In this document: one piece after another, positions 37,066-46,134 of the stretch
How positions within the stretch are numbered: the first letter of the stretch is position 1
Layout: each line of letters starts with the position of its first letter
Assembly: GCA_040390065.1 (NCBI GenBank)
Contig: JAZJZE010000001.1
Location: 337,102-401,101 of the forward strand
Length of the DNA: 64,000 bases
Direction of reading: 5' to 3'
From: a bacterium
GTDB lineage: Archaea > Thermoplasmatota > E2 > JACPAO01 > JAHFTW01
Made by a program: the position numbers and the translations under genes
The notes under the pieces: model-generated
The model's input: only the letters and a program-made list of their open reading frames with translations
What the model was told of the DNA's origin: nothing
Database searches by the model: none

Positions 37066-38487
37066 ATGGGCAGGGCCACCGTCGCAGTCGCCGTCTTGGC
37101 GCTGTTTGCCGCGGGGTGCGCCGTGCCCGCGCCGACCCATCTGCCCGGTCGGACGCCGCCCGAGACGCCGCTCGAGATCCCGACCGTGGGCGTCATGGAA
37201 GGCGCCTTCGCGGTCATGCATCGTGGCGGCACCTTGTCCTTCGGCTTGTCCGCAGGCGCAGCCAACCTCACGCTCTTTGCGCCCGACGACCACCGCGTCG
37301 CCGGCTTCCGACTCGATACGATCCACGCACGCCTCGACATGCAGGCGGCCGCGGGTGAATACGTCATGGTCGCCGTGCCGCAGAGGCAGGTCGCCATCGG
37401 GTTCTGGGTCGCGTCGGCGGGGGAAACGCTGCCCGTGCTGCGCAAGTTGCCGTGGGTGTCCGGATTCGCCGTGCTCGCCGATGACAACTCCTTGCCGACC
37501 GAAGGCATGCTGCCGGGCGCCGGCCCATCGGTCCGCCAAGTGAACGTGACCGTGGAGGCGCCCCCTGTGTGGGCCGTGGCACTCGTCGCCGCCGGCGAAT
37601 ACCAGGACCTTGAAGTCGAGTTGCACACCGACGCGGGCGCCCTCCTCGAGGCCAGCAGTGCCGGGAGCCCGTTCGGCCTGCTCGTGCCCCTGCCCGCCCT
37701 GCAAGGCCATCAGGAGTGGAGCGTGCCTGCAAAGACCTACCTCGGCAGCGCCTCGGGCCACGTGGTGGCTGGCGTCGTGCGCTACACGGCCCTCGACGGC
37801 GCCATTCTGCTGACCTGGACGACGTACAGCCGGGCGGGTCACCTCTCCGCGGTCGCCACGGAGCCCTCCCCGACCGGCTTCTCGTACGGTCCGCTCGGGC
37901 CTCGCCCGCTCTTGGCCCACGTCAGCGGCGACGCCGCGAAGCTGACCCTTGCAGCGCCGGACCCCATGGCCGGCCCCGGCATCGTGCAAGTGTGGGACCC
38001 GGACGATCACCCCCTCGGGCCGTTTCGCGTCCCTGCGGGTGCCAACGTCAGCCTGCCCGTGCACCGTGGCGGCGCCTACATCTTCCTCGTCCTCAACGGC
38101 ACGGTCGAACTCGGGGCCGACGACGCCCCGGCGGACCAGTCCCTGTACACGTTGCCGGTGGAGGCACAGCAATTCCCCCTCCGCCGCAGCAGCGTGAGCG
38201 GCCGCTTCGTCGAGGAGACGCAACCCATGGCCGTGGCAACGGGCGCAGTCCCCTTCGGCTTGCAGGCATCCGTCATTTCGCCCTCCACGGCAATCGGATT
38301 CTGCTCCGACGACGTCCACCTCCAGGTCTTGCAGGGGAACGCGACGATCGGCTCGAACGGCCCGGGCGACTGGTGGCAGGCGGCCATTTTCATGGACGGG
38401 CAGCCACTGCAGATCCATTCGACGGGCTTCGGCGAGGACAGCTGCGAGCAAGCCGGCGTCGACCTCTTGTCCTTTTCCCGCCCGTAG
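37066..38487 (+). CDS. Lipoprotein, unknown function
   Basis: MGRATVAVAVLALFAAGC lipobox. High third-position GC. Only 14 bp from the divergent Nre-like start. Confidence 0.65.
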   Translation: MGRATVAVAVLALFAAGCAVPAPTHLPGRTPPETPLEIPTVGVMEGAFAVMHRGGTLSFGLSAGAANLTLFAPDDHRVAGFRLDTIHARLDMQAAAGEYVMVAVPQRQVAIGFWVASAGETLPVLRKLPWVSGFAVLADDNSLPTEGMLPGAGPSVRQVNVTVEAPPVWAVALVAAGEYQDLEVELHTDAGALLEASSAGSPFGLLVPLPALQGHQEWSVPAKTYLGSASGHVVAGVVRYTALDGAILLTWTTYSRAGHLSAVATEPSPTGFSYGPLGPRPLLAHVSGDAAKLTLAAPDPMAGPGIVQVWDPDDHPLGPFRVPAGANVSLPVHRGGAYIFLVLNGTVELGADDAPADQSLYTLPVEAQQFPLRRSSVSGRFVEETQPMAVATGAVPFGLQASVISPSTAIGFCSDDVHLQVLQGNATIGSNGPGDWWQAAIFMDGQPLQIHSTGFGEDSCEQAGVDLLSFSRP

Positions 38488-38532
38488 CCGCACGGCCCCG
38501 GGCCTTATGAGTCGCCGGACCTTGGCGCCCGC

Positions 38533-39882
38533 GTGGACCTCGTCTGCCCCCTCGATTTCCGCTACGGCCGCCCGGAGATGAAGGCCCTGTGGACGGAAGA
38601 GCGGCGCCTGCGGTACCTGCTGCAAGTCGAGGCGGCACTCGCCCACGCCCACGCCGCCACGGGCACCATCCCGAAGGACGCGGCCAAGCGCCTGCAGAAG
38701 GTCGCCGATTCGGGCAAGGTCAAGGCGGACCGCGTCAAGGCCATCGAGGCCGAGATCAAGCACGACCTCATGGCGGTCGTCAAGGCGATGACGGAGGTCG
38801 CGGGCGCCGCCGATGGCAAGTACATCCACCTCGGGGCGACGAGTTACGACATCATCGACACGGCCAACTCGCTGCAGTTCCGCGACGCCATCGCCGTGCT
38901 TCGCGGCGGCCTGCGCGCTCTTCGCGACGCCCTCCTCAAGCAGGCCGATGCCCACCGGCACACGACCATGCTCGGCCGCACACACGGACAAGCCGCCGTC
39001 CCCATCACATTCGGTCTCAAGATGGCCGTGTTCGCAAGCGAAGTCGGGCGCCACCTCGAGCGCCTCGCCGAGGTCGAACCCCGCGTCGCCGTCGGCATGA
39101 TGAGCGGCGCCACGGGCAGCATGGCGGCCTTCCGCGGCAAGGGCATCCAGGTCCAAGCCGCCGTGTGCGCCAAACTCGGCCTTCGGCCCGTGACGGCGTC
39201 GACCCAGATCATCCAGCGCGACCGCTACATCGAACTCTTTGGCCTCATCGCGAACATCGCGACCAGCCTTGAGAAGTTCAGCACCGAAGTGCGCACCCTG
39301 CAGCGCAGCGAGATCGGCGAAGTGGCCGAGGGCTTCGACGCCAAGAAGCAGGTCGGCAGCTCCACCATGCCGCACAAGCAGAACCCCATCACCTCGGAAC
39401 AAGTCACAGGACTTGCCCGCCTCGTTCGCTCGATGGTCTTGCCTGTGTGGGAGAACGCCGTGCAATGGAACGAGCGCGACTTGGCCAACTCGGCGCCAGA
39501 GCGCTTCCTGCACCCGCACGCCTTCATCCTCCTCGACCACATCACGCACCAGATGGCCAAAGTCTTCCGTGAACTGCGGGTCCGCCCAGACCGGATGCAG
39601 GACAACATGGACCGCGCCCAGGGCCTCATGATGGCCGAATCGGTCATGATCTCGTTGACCGAGAAGGGCGTCGGCCGGCAGGAAGCCCACGAGATGTCGC
39701 GCGCAGCCTCGATGAAGGCCATCGCCAAGAACGTCCACCTGCGCGTCGCCCTCGCCGCCGACAAGCGCATCGTCAAGCTGCTTGGCAAGAAAGGCCTCGC
39801 CGACGCGATGGACCCGGCCAAGTACGTCGGCCCCGTCGACGCCATCATCGACCAGGTCATCGCCGAGACGAAGTCGTTGTGA
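38533..39882 (+). CDS. purB: Adenylosuccinate lyase
   Basis: GTG start. FRYGRPEM.., GATSYDIIDTA, TMLGRTHGQAAVPITFG, signature GSSTMPHKQNPITSE. Confidence 0.92.
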   Translation: MDLVCPLDFRYGRPEMKALWTEERRLRYLLQVEAALAHAHAATGTIPKDAAKRLQKVADSGKVKADRVKAIEAEIKHDLMAVVKAMTEVAGAADGKYIHLGATSYDIIDTANSLQFRDAIAVLRGGLRALRDALLKQADAHRHTTMLGRTHGQAAVPITFGLKMAVFASEVGRHLERLAEVEPRVAVGMMSGATGSMAAFRGKGIQVQAAVCAKLGLRPVTASTQIIQRDRYIELFGLIANIATSLEKFSTEVRTLQRSEIGEVAEGFDAKKQVGSSTMPHKQNPITSEQVTGLARLVRSMVLPVWENAVQWNERDLANSAPERFLHPHAFILLDHITHQMAKVFRELRVRPDRMQDNMDRAQGLMMAESVMISLTEKGVGRQEAHEMSRAASMKAIAKNVHLRVALAADKRIVKLLGKKGLADAMDPAKYVGPVDAIIDQVIAETKSL

Positions 39883-39965
39883 ATCCGCGGGACCGGCGGG
39901 CCGCCTGGGCCTGTCGTAGCCACAAGGGATAACCTCCCGTTGCATCGTCTGCGACCAGGATTCCC

Positions 39966-41333
39966 ATGGCCGTCCGACCTCGCACCTACCTCATGTTCGC
40001 CGCTGTCCTGCTGGTCCTGGCGACGCTTGCCTCAACCGCTCCCGGATTTGCCACAGCCCAGCCCTCGCCGACCGGCCAGGTCGAGAAAGCCGCAGGCGAC
40101 CTCGTGCCGACGACGGACCTGGCAATGACGTTCGCCTCGGGCACCGTCACGCCCGCCGTGGGCGTCTTGCAGGACCTCTACGAGCCGACCGTCACGGTTT
40201 CCGGGACGGGAGCCATCTATGTGGCTGGCCACGTCATCGGCGCCTACTCGACCGGCACGCCCGCCTACGTGAGCAACAACAACGGCGTGTCGTGGACGCA
40301 ACTGCCCGCCGTCTCCAGCGTGTCCACCGCGCCCGTCCAGGGCTCGGCCCAGCCCGGCGGCGACGAGGGCATCGTCGTCGCGGACGGCACCGGTCGCGCG
40401 TGGCTCGTCGACATGGGCGCCCAGGGCATGTCCGTCACCGGGTATTGCGGCAATGGCGCCAACGTGTGCTACACGCTGCCTGACGCGTGGAGTCCGAACC
40501 AGTCGGTGGCCTCCGGATGCGGTGTGGCCTCGGTCGCGACCGACAGGCCTTGGGCAGCCTACGCCAACAACCAACTCCTGCTCGTGAACAACGGGTACCT
40601 CGGGACAGCTGGAAACCGCGTCCAGTTGAGCCTGCTGAACGTCGCCCCCGGCGTTGCGCCCCCTGTCACGCCGCCGTTCTGGAACGGCTGCGCCAGCGCC
40701 GCTGGCTTCATTCCTGGCGTGCCTGCCTTGCGGGGCTCCGATGGCCGGTACGTGATTCCGCACGTCCAAGGCGCCAACTTGCGCGTCATCACGGGAACGA
40801 CGCTTGTCCCCAGCGCAACCACGACCGACTTCGCCGTCGCCTCGACGGACCTTGCGTGCCCAGGCAGCGGCTACGGCGCCAACTGGGGTTTCTCCACAGT
40901 CAGTCAGCCCGGCACGTTCTATGTCACGGCCGCGAAGGACGCCACACACTTCAGTGTCTCGGCCACCACGACCGGCACCACGTTCAAGACGGGAACGTTC
41001 GCGACGGTCGCGGGCAACATCGCGTTCCTGTGGATCTCGGGCTCGCAGCTCGCGGAGGGCGCCCTCGTGAGTTGGGCGGAGGACAACGGGTCCTGCTTCA
41101 ACCCGACTTTCTACGCAGCGCACATCAAGCTTGACGCCACCGGCACGCCCGTCATCAGTGACATCACGACGATCGGCGCCGTCAACGGCGCATGCGGCGA
41201 CCTCATGGGCTCCAGCCTGAGCCCGAGCGGCAACGCCTACGTCGTGGTCTTCGCGCAGCCCAACGGATGCACTGACTTCCCCTTGGTGACGCCGCTGCGG
41301 GTGTACAAGCAGACGGCCGGCCCCATCCTGTAG
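39966..41333 (+). CDS. Secreted beta-propeller-like protein (single Asp-box-like motif)
   Basis: Signal MAVRPRTYLMFAAVLLVLATLASTAPGFA. SNNNGVSW Asp-box-like motif. No anchor. Confidence 0.6.
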   Translation: MAVRPRTYLMFAAVLLVLATLASTAPGFATAQPSPTGQVEKAAGDLVPTTDLAMTFASGTVTPAVGVLQDLYEPTVTVSGTGAIYVAGHVIGAYSTGTPAYVSNNNGVSWTQLPAVSSVSTAPVQGSAQPGGDEGIVVADGTGRAWLVDMGAQGMSVTGYCGNGANVCYTLPDAWSPNQSVASGCGVASVATDRPWAAYANNQLLLVNNGYLGTAGNRVQLSLLNVAPGVAPPVTPPFWNGCASAAGFIPGVPALRGSDGRYVIPHVQGANLRVITGTTLVPSATTTDFAVASTDLACPGSGYGANWGFSTVSQPGTFYVTAAKDATHFSVSATTTGTTFKTGTFATVAGNIAFLWISGSQLAEGALVSWAEDNGSCFNPTFYAAHIKLDATGTPVISDITTIGAVNGACGDLMGSSLSPSGNAYVVVFAQPNGCTDFPLVTPLRVYKQTAGPIL

Positions 41334-41386
41334 ACCGACGCGACGCGGGGCGCTAGGCCTAAGGGCGCGTTGCACGTCCGACGCGC

Positions 41387-42724
41387 GTGGACAACCAGCC
41401 CGCCCGGGAAATCCAGCGCCCCCGCGGCACCCGCGACTTCGCCCCGGCCGAGATGGCCGTGCGTCGTCACGTGGCCGACCAGATGCGCGGCGTGTTTGCG
41501 CGTTTCGGGTACCGCGAGGTGCAGACGCCGGCCTTCGAGGAACTCGGTTTGTTCACGGCGAAATCTGGCGAGGGCATCGTCGAGGAATTGTACAACTTCA
41601 AGGACAAGGGCGAGCGCGACATGTGCCTGCGGCCGGAACTGACGGCTCCCGTCATGCGCATGTATTTCCAGGAACACTTCAACGACCCGAAGCCCATCAA
41701 GTGGTTCTACCACGGCGCGTGCTACCGCTACGACCGGCCGCAGGCAGGGCGCTACCGAGAATTCTGGCAGTTCGGCTGCGAGCAGATTGGTGCGGGAACG
41801 CCGTTGGCCTACGCCGAGCTGCTGGCCTTGGCGGACGCTGTCATGCGCGAAGTCGGGCTCGTCGAGCGCGAGTTCTTCGTCGGCCATGTCAAGATCCTGA
41901 AGCACTGCGTGGACACCTTCGGCTTCGACGCCGCCACGCGCGGCAAGCTCATGCGCGCCATCGACAAGGGCGACCGGGCCGAGGTGCAGCGGCTCGCGGA
42001 TGCGAAGGGCGGATGCGAAGCGGCGCTCGACCGGCTCTTCCTCATCATGGACGCGCCGACGGTCGCGGCCGCGCGCCACGCTCTGCTGATCGACGCGACG
42101 TCCGTGTCGGAGGACGACGCTGAACTGCGGGCTGACCTCGCCGACCTCGATGCGGCGCTTCGCTTCCTCGACGGGTTCGGTGTGAAGGGCGTGCGGCTCA
42201 ACCTCGGCATCGCCCGCGGCCTCGACTACTACACGGGCATCGTCTTCGAGATGCATTGCCCCATCCTCGGCGCCGAGAAGCAACTCCTGGGAGGCGGCGG
42301 CTACGACCTCTCGGCCGTCTTTGGCGGCCAGCCGACGCCCACGATGGGCTTCGGGCTCGGGTTCGACCGCACGATCGTCGCACTCGAGAAACAGGCGGAA
42401 CTCGCCGGCCAGAAGACTGCCTTCCCCGCGCACGCCGGACCTGCCGCGTACTTTGCCGCCCTCTCGGACGCCGCCGCCGCGAAGGTGCTGCCAATCGTCT
42501 CGGGGCTGCGCGCAAACGGCCTCGTCGTGGAGCTGGACCTCGCTGGCCGCAAGCCAGGCGCCGTGGCCAAGCACGCCGACGCGGTTGGGGCACGGACCCT
42601 TGTCATCCTAGGCGACCGCGACCTCGAAGCCGGCAAGGCGCAGGTCAAGGACCTCGCCACGGGGAACACCGAGGACGTGGCAATCGATGCCCTGCCTGCC
42701 TGGTTCGTTCGGCACCGTACCTGA
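41387..42724 (+). CDS. hisS: Histidyl-tRNA synthetase
   Basis: GTG start. RGTRDF, FGYREVQTPAFEE, LRPELTAPV, YHGACYRYDRPQAGRYREF class II motifs. Confidence 0.92.
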   Translation: MDNQPAREIQRPRGTRDFAPAEMAVRRHVADQMRGVFARFGYREVQTPAFEELGLFTAKSGEGIVEELYNFKDKGERDMCLRPELTAPVMRMYFQEHFNDPKPIKWFYHGACYRYDRPQAGRYREFWQFGCEQIGAGTPLAYAELLALADAVMREVGLVEREFFVGHVKILKHCVDTFGFDAATRGKLMRAIDKGDRAEVQRLADAKGGCEAALDRLFLIMDAPTVAAARHALLIDATSVSEDDAELRADLADLDAALRFLDGFGVKGVRLNLGIARGLDYYTGIVFEMHCPILGAEKQLLGGGGYDLSAVFGGQPTPTMGFGLGFDRTIVALEKQAELAGQKTAFPAHAGPAAYFAALSDAAAAKVLPIVSGLRANGLVVELDLAGRKPGAVAKHADAVGARTLVILGDRDLEAGKAQVKDLATGNTEDVAIDALPAWFVRHRT

Positions 42725-42818
42725 CCGCGAGGTGTATGCCCGCGCGCGGCGTTTCGTGCGCATGGCCCCTCTTGCCGCGATGCGGTGCCTGAAGCGACGC
42801 CCCGATCGTCCGGCCGCC

Positions 42819-43565
42819 ATGGGACTGCGTGTCCTTGCCGTCTGCGTCGTTCTGTTGCTGGCCGGCTGCTCCGGCTCGTCCAAGCAGGATTCCTCGTCGC
42901 CATCCGCCGCGCGCCCCGCCACGTCCTCGTCGGCAGCCCCTCCACCGCCGCCTCCACCTCTGGCGCCGATGCCGCCGCCTCCGCAGGCGCAGCCCGAGCA
43001 GCCGCCGCAGACGTACCGCGTCCTCAAGGTGGACTTGTGGCTGAACGGGACCGGGCCGCCAGCGCCGCCGCCCGCCAACCCGGTGCCTTGCGACGACGAC
43101 GGTTCGGCCCAGGCCGACTTCGGGACGCAGATGCTGCACTTGCGCGGCGACGGACACGATTTCGTCGTGGGCCAGACGGCGCTTGTCACATACGTTGTCC
43201 CCCGGCTGCACGACCCATCCGTCCCGCTTGGCGAATGCCCGCCGGAAGGCGAGCCCCAGTTCGACGCATGGGACGCTGGCAACCAAACGTTCGCCTACGT
43301 CCTGCACGGCCACCGGGAACGCGTCGCCATCGAACCGACCGGTTTCGGCGTCCGCGCCGACGGTGTGGCGCTCGCGGCGGGCAAGTCGACGGAGCGAGCC
43401 GTGCGCTTCGATTGGACCCAGCCGTCCGACGGCGCGCACTACCGCTACGTTGGCCTCCTGCGTGTGACGTTCGTCGGCTTCTGGTCCTACACCAAGGTGA
43501 ACGAGGCCTTCAGCTCGAACGGCCCAGGCTACGACGCGGGCGAAGGAAACTGGCACGTTGGCTGA
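42819..43565 (+). CDS. Lipoprotein with poly-proline linker, unknown function
   Basis: ATG 42819 gives MGLRVLAVCVVLLLAGC lipobox (ATG 42762/42780 also possible). Followed by the APPPPPPPLAPMPPPPQAQPEQPPQ linker. Confidence 0.6.
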   Translation: MGLRVLAVCVVLLLAGCSGSSKQDSSSPSAARPATSSSAAPPPPPPPLAPMPPPPQAQPEQPPQTYRVLKVDLWLNGTGPPAPPPANPVPCDDDGSAQADFGTQMLHLRGDGHDFVVGQTALVTYVVPRLHDPSVPLGECPPEGEPQFDAWDAGNQTFAYVLHGHRERVAIEPTGFGVRADGVALAAGKSTERAVRFDWTQPSDGAHYRYVGLLRVTFVGFWSYTKVNEAFSSNGPGYDAGEGNWHVG

Positions 43566-43597
43566 GCTTGGCCAGCGCGCAGGTGGGGGCGCGCCCG

Positions 43598-43807
43598 TCA
43601 ACCGCCACTGAACGCCGACAGCAGGACAAGGGTCTCGCCATCGACGACGGGCTCGTCCTCGGGGACCGGCGTCGAGCCGCGAATGGCAAGCGTGTGGTCC
43701 GGCGATTGACCGACGGCGCGAAGCACGTCCCCAACCGTCGCACCGGGCGACAAGGCGACGTCGCGGGGCGGCTCTCGGGCGGGTCGGAAGACAATGCGGA
43801 CCTGCAA
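43598..43807 (-). CDS. ThiS/MoaD-family ubiquitin-like small protein (SAMP-like) ending in Gly-Gly
   Basis: 69 aa. ..ATVGDVLRAVG..VPEDEPVVDGETLVLLSAFSGG*. TTG start 1 nt after the tRNA-Ser 3' end. Confidence 0.6.
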   Translation of the reverse strand: MQVRIVFRPAREPPRDVALSPGATVGDVLRAVGQSPDHTLAIRGSTPVPEDEPVVDGETLVLLSAFSGG

Positions 43808-43808
43808 G

Positions 43809-43891
43809 CGCCGAGGGCAGGATTTGAACCTGCAAATCCAGGGGACACTGGTTTTCGAGACCAGCGCAATACCGGGTTATGCGACCTCGGC
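43809..43891 (-). tRNA. tRNA-Ser (anticodon CGA), type II
   Basis: Manual cloverleaf: acceptor GCCGAGG/CCTCGGC, anticodon arm CTGGT-CTCGAAA-ACCAG, variable arm, T arm GCAGG-TTCAAAT-CCTGC, discriminator G. Confidence 0.88.
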
Positions 43892-44308
43892 AGGTAAGTC
43901 GGCCGACTTGTGGCCGCTATTTCCAGGTTTCGTGCCGTGCGAGCGCGACGCGCGAGCCATCAGGGGGTCGCGGGGGGCGGTAAGCCCCCCCGCAGGTCCG
44001 CGGGGCCGCAGGCCCCGCTGCCCAAATGATCGACCTGTTTGCAGGTCGAGGGACACTGGTTTTCGAGACCAGCGCAATACCGGGTTATGCGACCTCGGCA
44101 GGTAAGTCGGCCGACTTGTGGCCGCTATTTCCAGGTTTCGTGCCGTGCGAGCGCGACGCGCGAGCCATCAGGGGGTCGCGGGGGGCGGTAAGCCCCCCCG
44201 CAGGTCCGCGGGGCCGCAGGCCCCGCTGCCCAAATGATCGACCTGTTTGCAGGTCGAGGGACACTGGTTTTCGAGACCAGCGCAATACCGGGTCATGCGA
44301 CCTCGGCA
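43842..44308. repeat. Tandem 208-bp repeat (2 full units plus a truncated third), each carrying the first 50 nt of tRNA-Ser plus a 158-nt hairpin-rich spacer
   Basis: Units 43842-44049 and 44050-44257 are identical by eye. The third copy ends ~44308 with one substitution (44294). The ORF track shows the same 66-aa peptide twice (43877..44077, 44085..44285). Confidence 0.9.
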
Positions 44309-44340
44309 GAAGGGCGCTGGGGCGGAGGCCAGGGCTCGCC

Positions 44341-44348
44341 TATATTCC
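44341..44348. promoter_or_regulatory. TATA-like TATATTCC between the tRNA-Ser repeat array and the subtilase gene
   Basis: The only A/T-rich patch in the spacer. ~38-45 nt upstream of ATG 44386 and ~35-40 nt upstream of the outermost tRNA 5' fragment on the other strand. Confidence 0.3.
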
Positions 44349-44385
44349 CATTTCGAGGGGCCGCAGGTCGACCCACCCAAACCTC

Positions 44386-45420
44386 ATGTGGGCGGCGCCG
44401 ATAGGATACGCCGTGCGCAAGCGCCTGGCCATGGCCGCCCTCGTCCTCATGCTTCTGCCGGCCGTTCCGGCCCGCGCCGCCGACCCTGGCGACGGCATCG
44501 TGATCGCCGTTCTCGACACGGGCGTCGACTCGAGCCACCCGGAACTGAAGGACCGCGTCGAGCGCATGAGTTTCTACCGATCCCCCATCCCGCCGGTTCC
44601 CGGCTTGCCAGACCCGACGACGCTTCAGCCGGACCCCGATGGCCACGGCACGGCGGCGGCGAGCGTCGCGGCGGCCAAGTCGTTCGGCGTCGCCTCCGGC
44701 GCCCGCATCCTGGACATGCAGGTCAGCGCCCGCTACACGCAAGGCGCCCTCGACCCGACGGCGGAGGAAGCGGCCACGCGTGCGATGGATGAACTGCTGC
44801 GCCACCACGGCGGCAACGGCACGGCGGGACCGCGCGTCGTGCTGCTGTCCTTCGCGAACAACTTGACGGCATCCGGGGCCGCGACCTTGGCCGCGCAGGC
44901 GCACGACCTGTGGGATGCGGGCGTCCTTGTCATCGTGCCTGCGGGCAGCCACTCGCCGCTTCACGACAGCCCATACGTCGTCACCGTCGGCGACCGCGAC
45001 GCTACGTGTGCAGCGGGCGTTCCGGCGGCCGGCGTCCTCAAGCCCGACCTGGCGGCCGCGGCTCGCAACGTCAAGGTGGCGACGCCTGGAACGCCCACGG
45101 GCGGCCAAGGCCAGGCGTCGGGCACCGCGTTTGCATCGGCGTCCGTCGCCGGGGCCGCGGCCCTCATGTGGCAGGCCCGTCCTGGACTTCCCGTCGCCGC
45201 GCTCGCCGCCATCATGCGTGACACGGCGGCCGACAAGGCCGCAGCCGGTCCCGACGGGTGCACCGGTTTCGGCGCCTTGGACGCGGAGGCGGCCGTCGTC
45301 GCCGCGAAAGCCTGGAGCGATCCCGTTCCGCCGGGCACCCCATCAGCGGCCAAGTCGCCGATGCCGATCGGCCCCTTGGTCGCGCTGGTCCTGTTGGCCT
45401 TGGCGGCTCGTCGGAGGTAG
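44386..45420 (+). CDS. Subtilisin-like serine protease (S8) with C-terminal TM anchor
   Basis: ATG 44386 (or 44431). Catalytic-triad contexts VLDTGVD, HGTAAAS, SGTAFASASVAG. Signal LAMAALVLMLLPAVPARA. Tail PIGPLVALVLLALAARRR. The upstream part of the track ORF lies in the repeat array. Confidence 0.85.
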   Translation: MWAAPIGYAVRKRLAMAALVLMLLPAVPARAADPGDGIVIAVLDTGVDSSHPELKDRVERMSFYRSPIPPVPGLPDPTTLQPDPDGHGTAAASVAAAKSFGVASGARILDMQVSARYTQGALDPTAEEAATRAMDELLRHHGGNGTAGPRVVLLSFANNLTASGAATLAAQAHDLWDAGVLVIVPAGSHSPLHDSPYVVTVGDRDATCAAGVPAAGVLKPDLAAAARNVKVATPGTPTGGQGQASGTAFASASVAGAAALMWQARPGLPVAALAAIMRDTAADKAAAGPDGCTGFGALDAEAAVVAAKAWSDPVPPGTPSAAKSPMPIGPLVALVLLALAARRR

Positions 45421-45421
45421 C

Positions 45422-45613
45422 ATGACGGCCGATGCCGAAGAGTGCCAGACCTGCCAGGCGCCGCTGTCATGGGTCGACGCCGCCTACTCCTGCGCCCTCG
45501 ACTGCACGTTCTGCCCTGATTGCGCGGAGCAATACGGCCACGTCTGCCCCAATTGCTCCGGCGAGCTGACCATGCGGGCCCGCAAGACGCAGCCAGTAGG
45601 CCCTCGGCGATGA
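45422..45613 (+). CDS. Small Cys-rich zinc-ribbon protein (DUF1272-like)
   Basis: 63 aa MTADAEECQTCQAPL..YSCALDCTFCPDCAEQYGHVCPNCSGELTMR. ATG 1 nt after the subtilase stop. Confidence 0.6.
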   Translation: MTADAEECQTCQAPLSWVDAAYSCALDCTFCPDCAEQYGHVCPNCSGELTMRARKTQPVGPRR

Positions 45614-46134
45614 CGGTGTCCGTCTTCGTCGGCGTCAGCGTCGACGGCTTCCTGGCGCGCCCCGACGGCGGCCTCGATTGGCTCCCCTCGCCTGGCGGCG
45701 ATGACGCAGGCTATGCCGACTTCATGGCCGGCATCGACGCCCTCGTCATGGGACGAAAGACGTTCGAGACCGCCCTTGGATTCGGCAAGTGGCCGTACAC
45801 CGGCAAGCGCGTCGTGGTCCTGAGCAGCAAGCCCGTCGACCTCGCGGCCGTACGCGGCCACCGCGTCGAAGCGATGGCGGGCACGCCCGCCGACATCGTG
45901 GAGCGCCTTGCGTTGACGGGGGCCCGGAACTTGTACGTCGATGGCGGAGCGACCATCCAGGGCTTCCTGCGCGACGGCCTCGTCGACCGGCTCATCGTCA
46001 CGCGCGTCCCCGTCCTCATCGGCCAAGGCATCCCCCTGTTCGGGCCGCTTGCCAACGACGTCCGACTGCGGCAGGTGGCGACGCGCACGTTTTCCGGTGG
46101 CTTGGTCCAGACCGAATATGCAGTCGTCCGCTGA
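45610..46134 (+). CDS. RibD C-terminal/dihydrofolate-reductase-like family protein
   Basis: ATGA overlap with the upstream gene. VSVDGFLARPDGGLDWL..DALVMGRKTFE..LYVDGGATIQGFLRDGLVDRLIVTRVPVLIG. Confidence 0.8.
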   Translation: MTVSVFVGVSVDGFLARPDGGLDWLPSPGGDDAGYADFMAGIDALVMGRKTFETALGFGKWPYTGKRVVVLSSKPVDLAAVRGHRVEAMAGTPADIVERLALTGARNLYVDGGATIQGFLRDGLVDRLIVTRVPVLIGQGIPLFGPLANDVRLRQVATRTFSGGLVQTEYAVVR

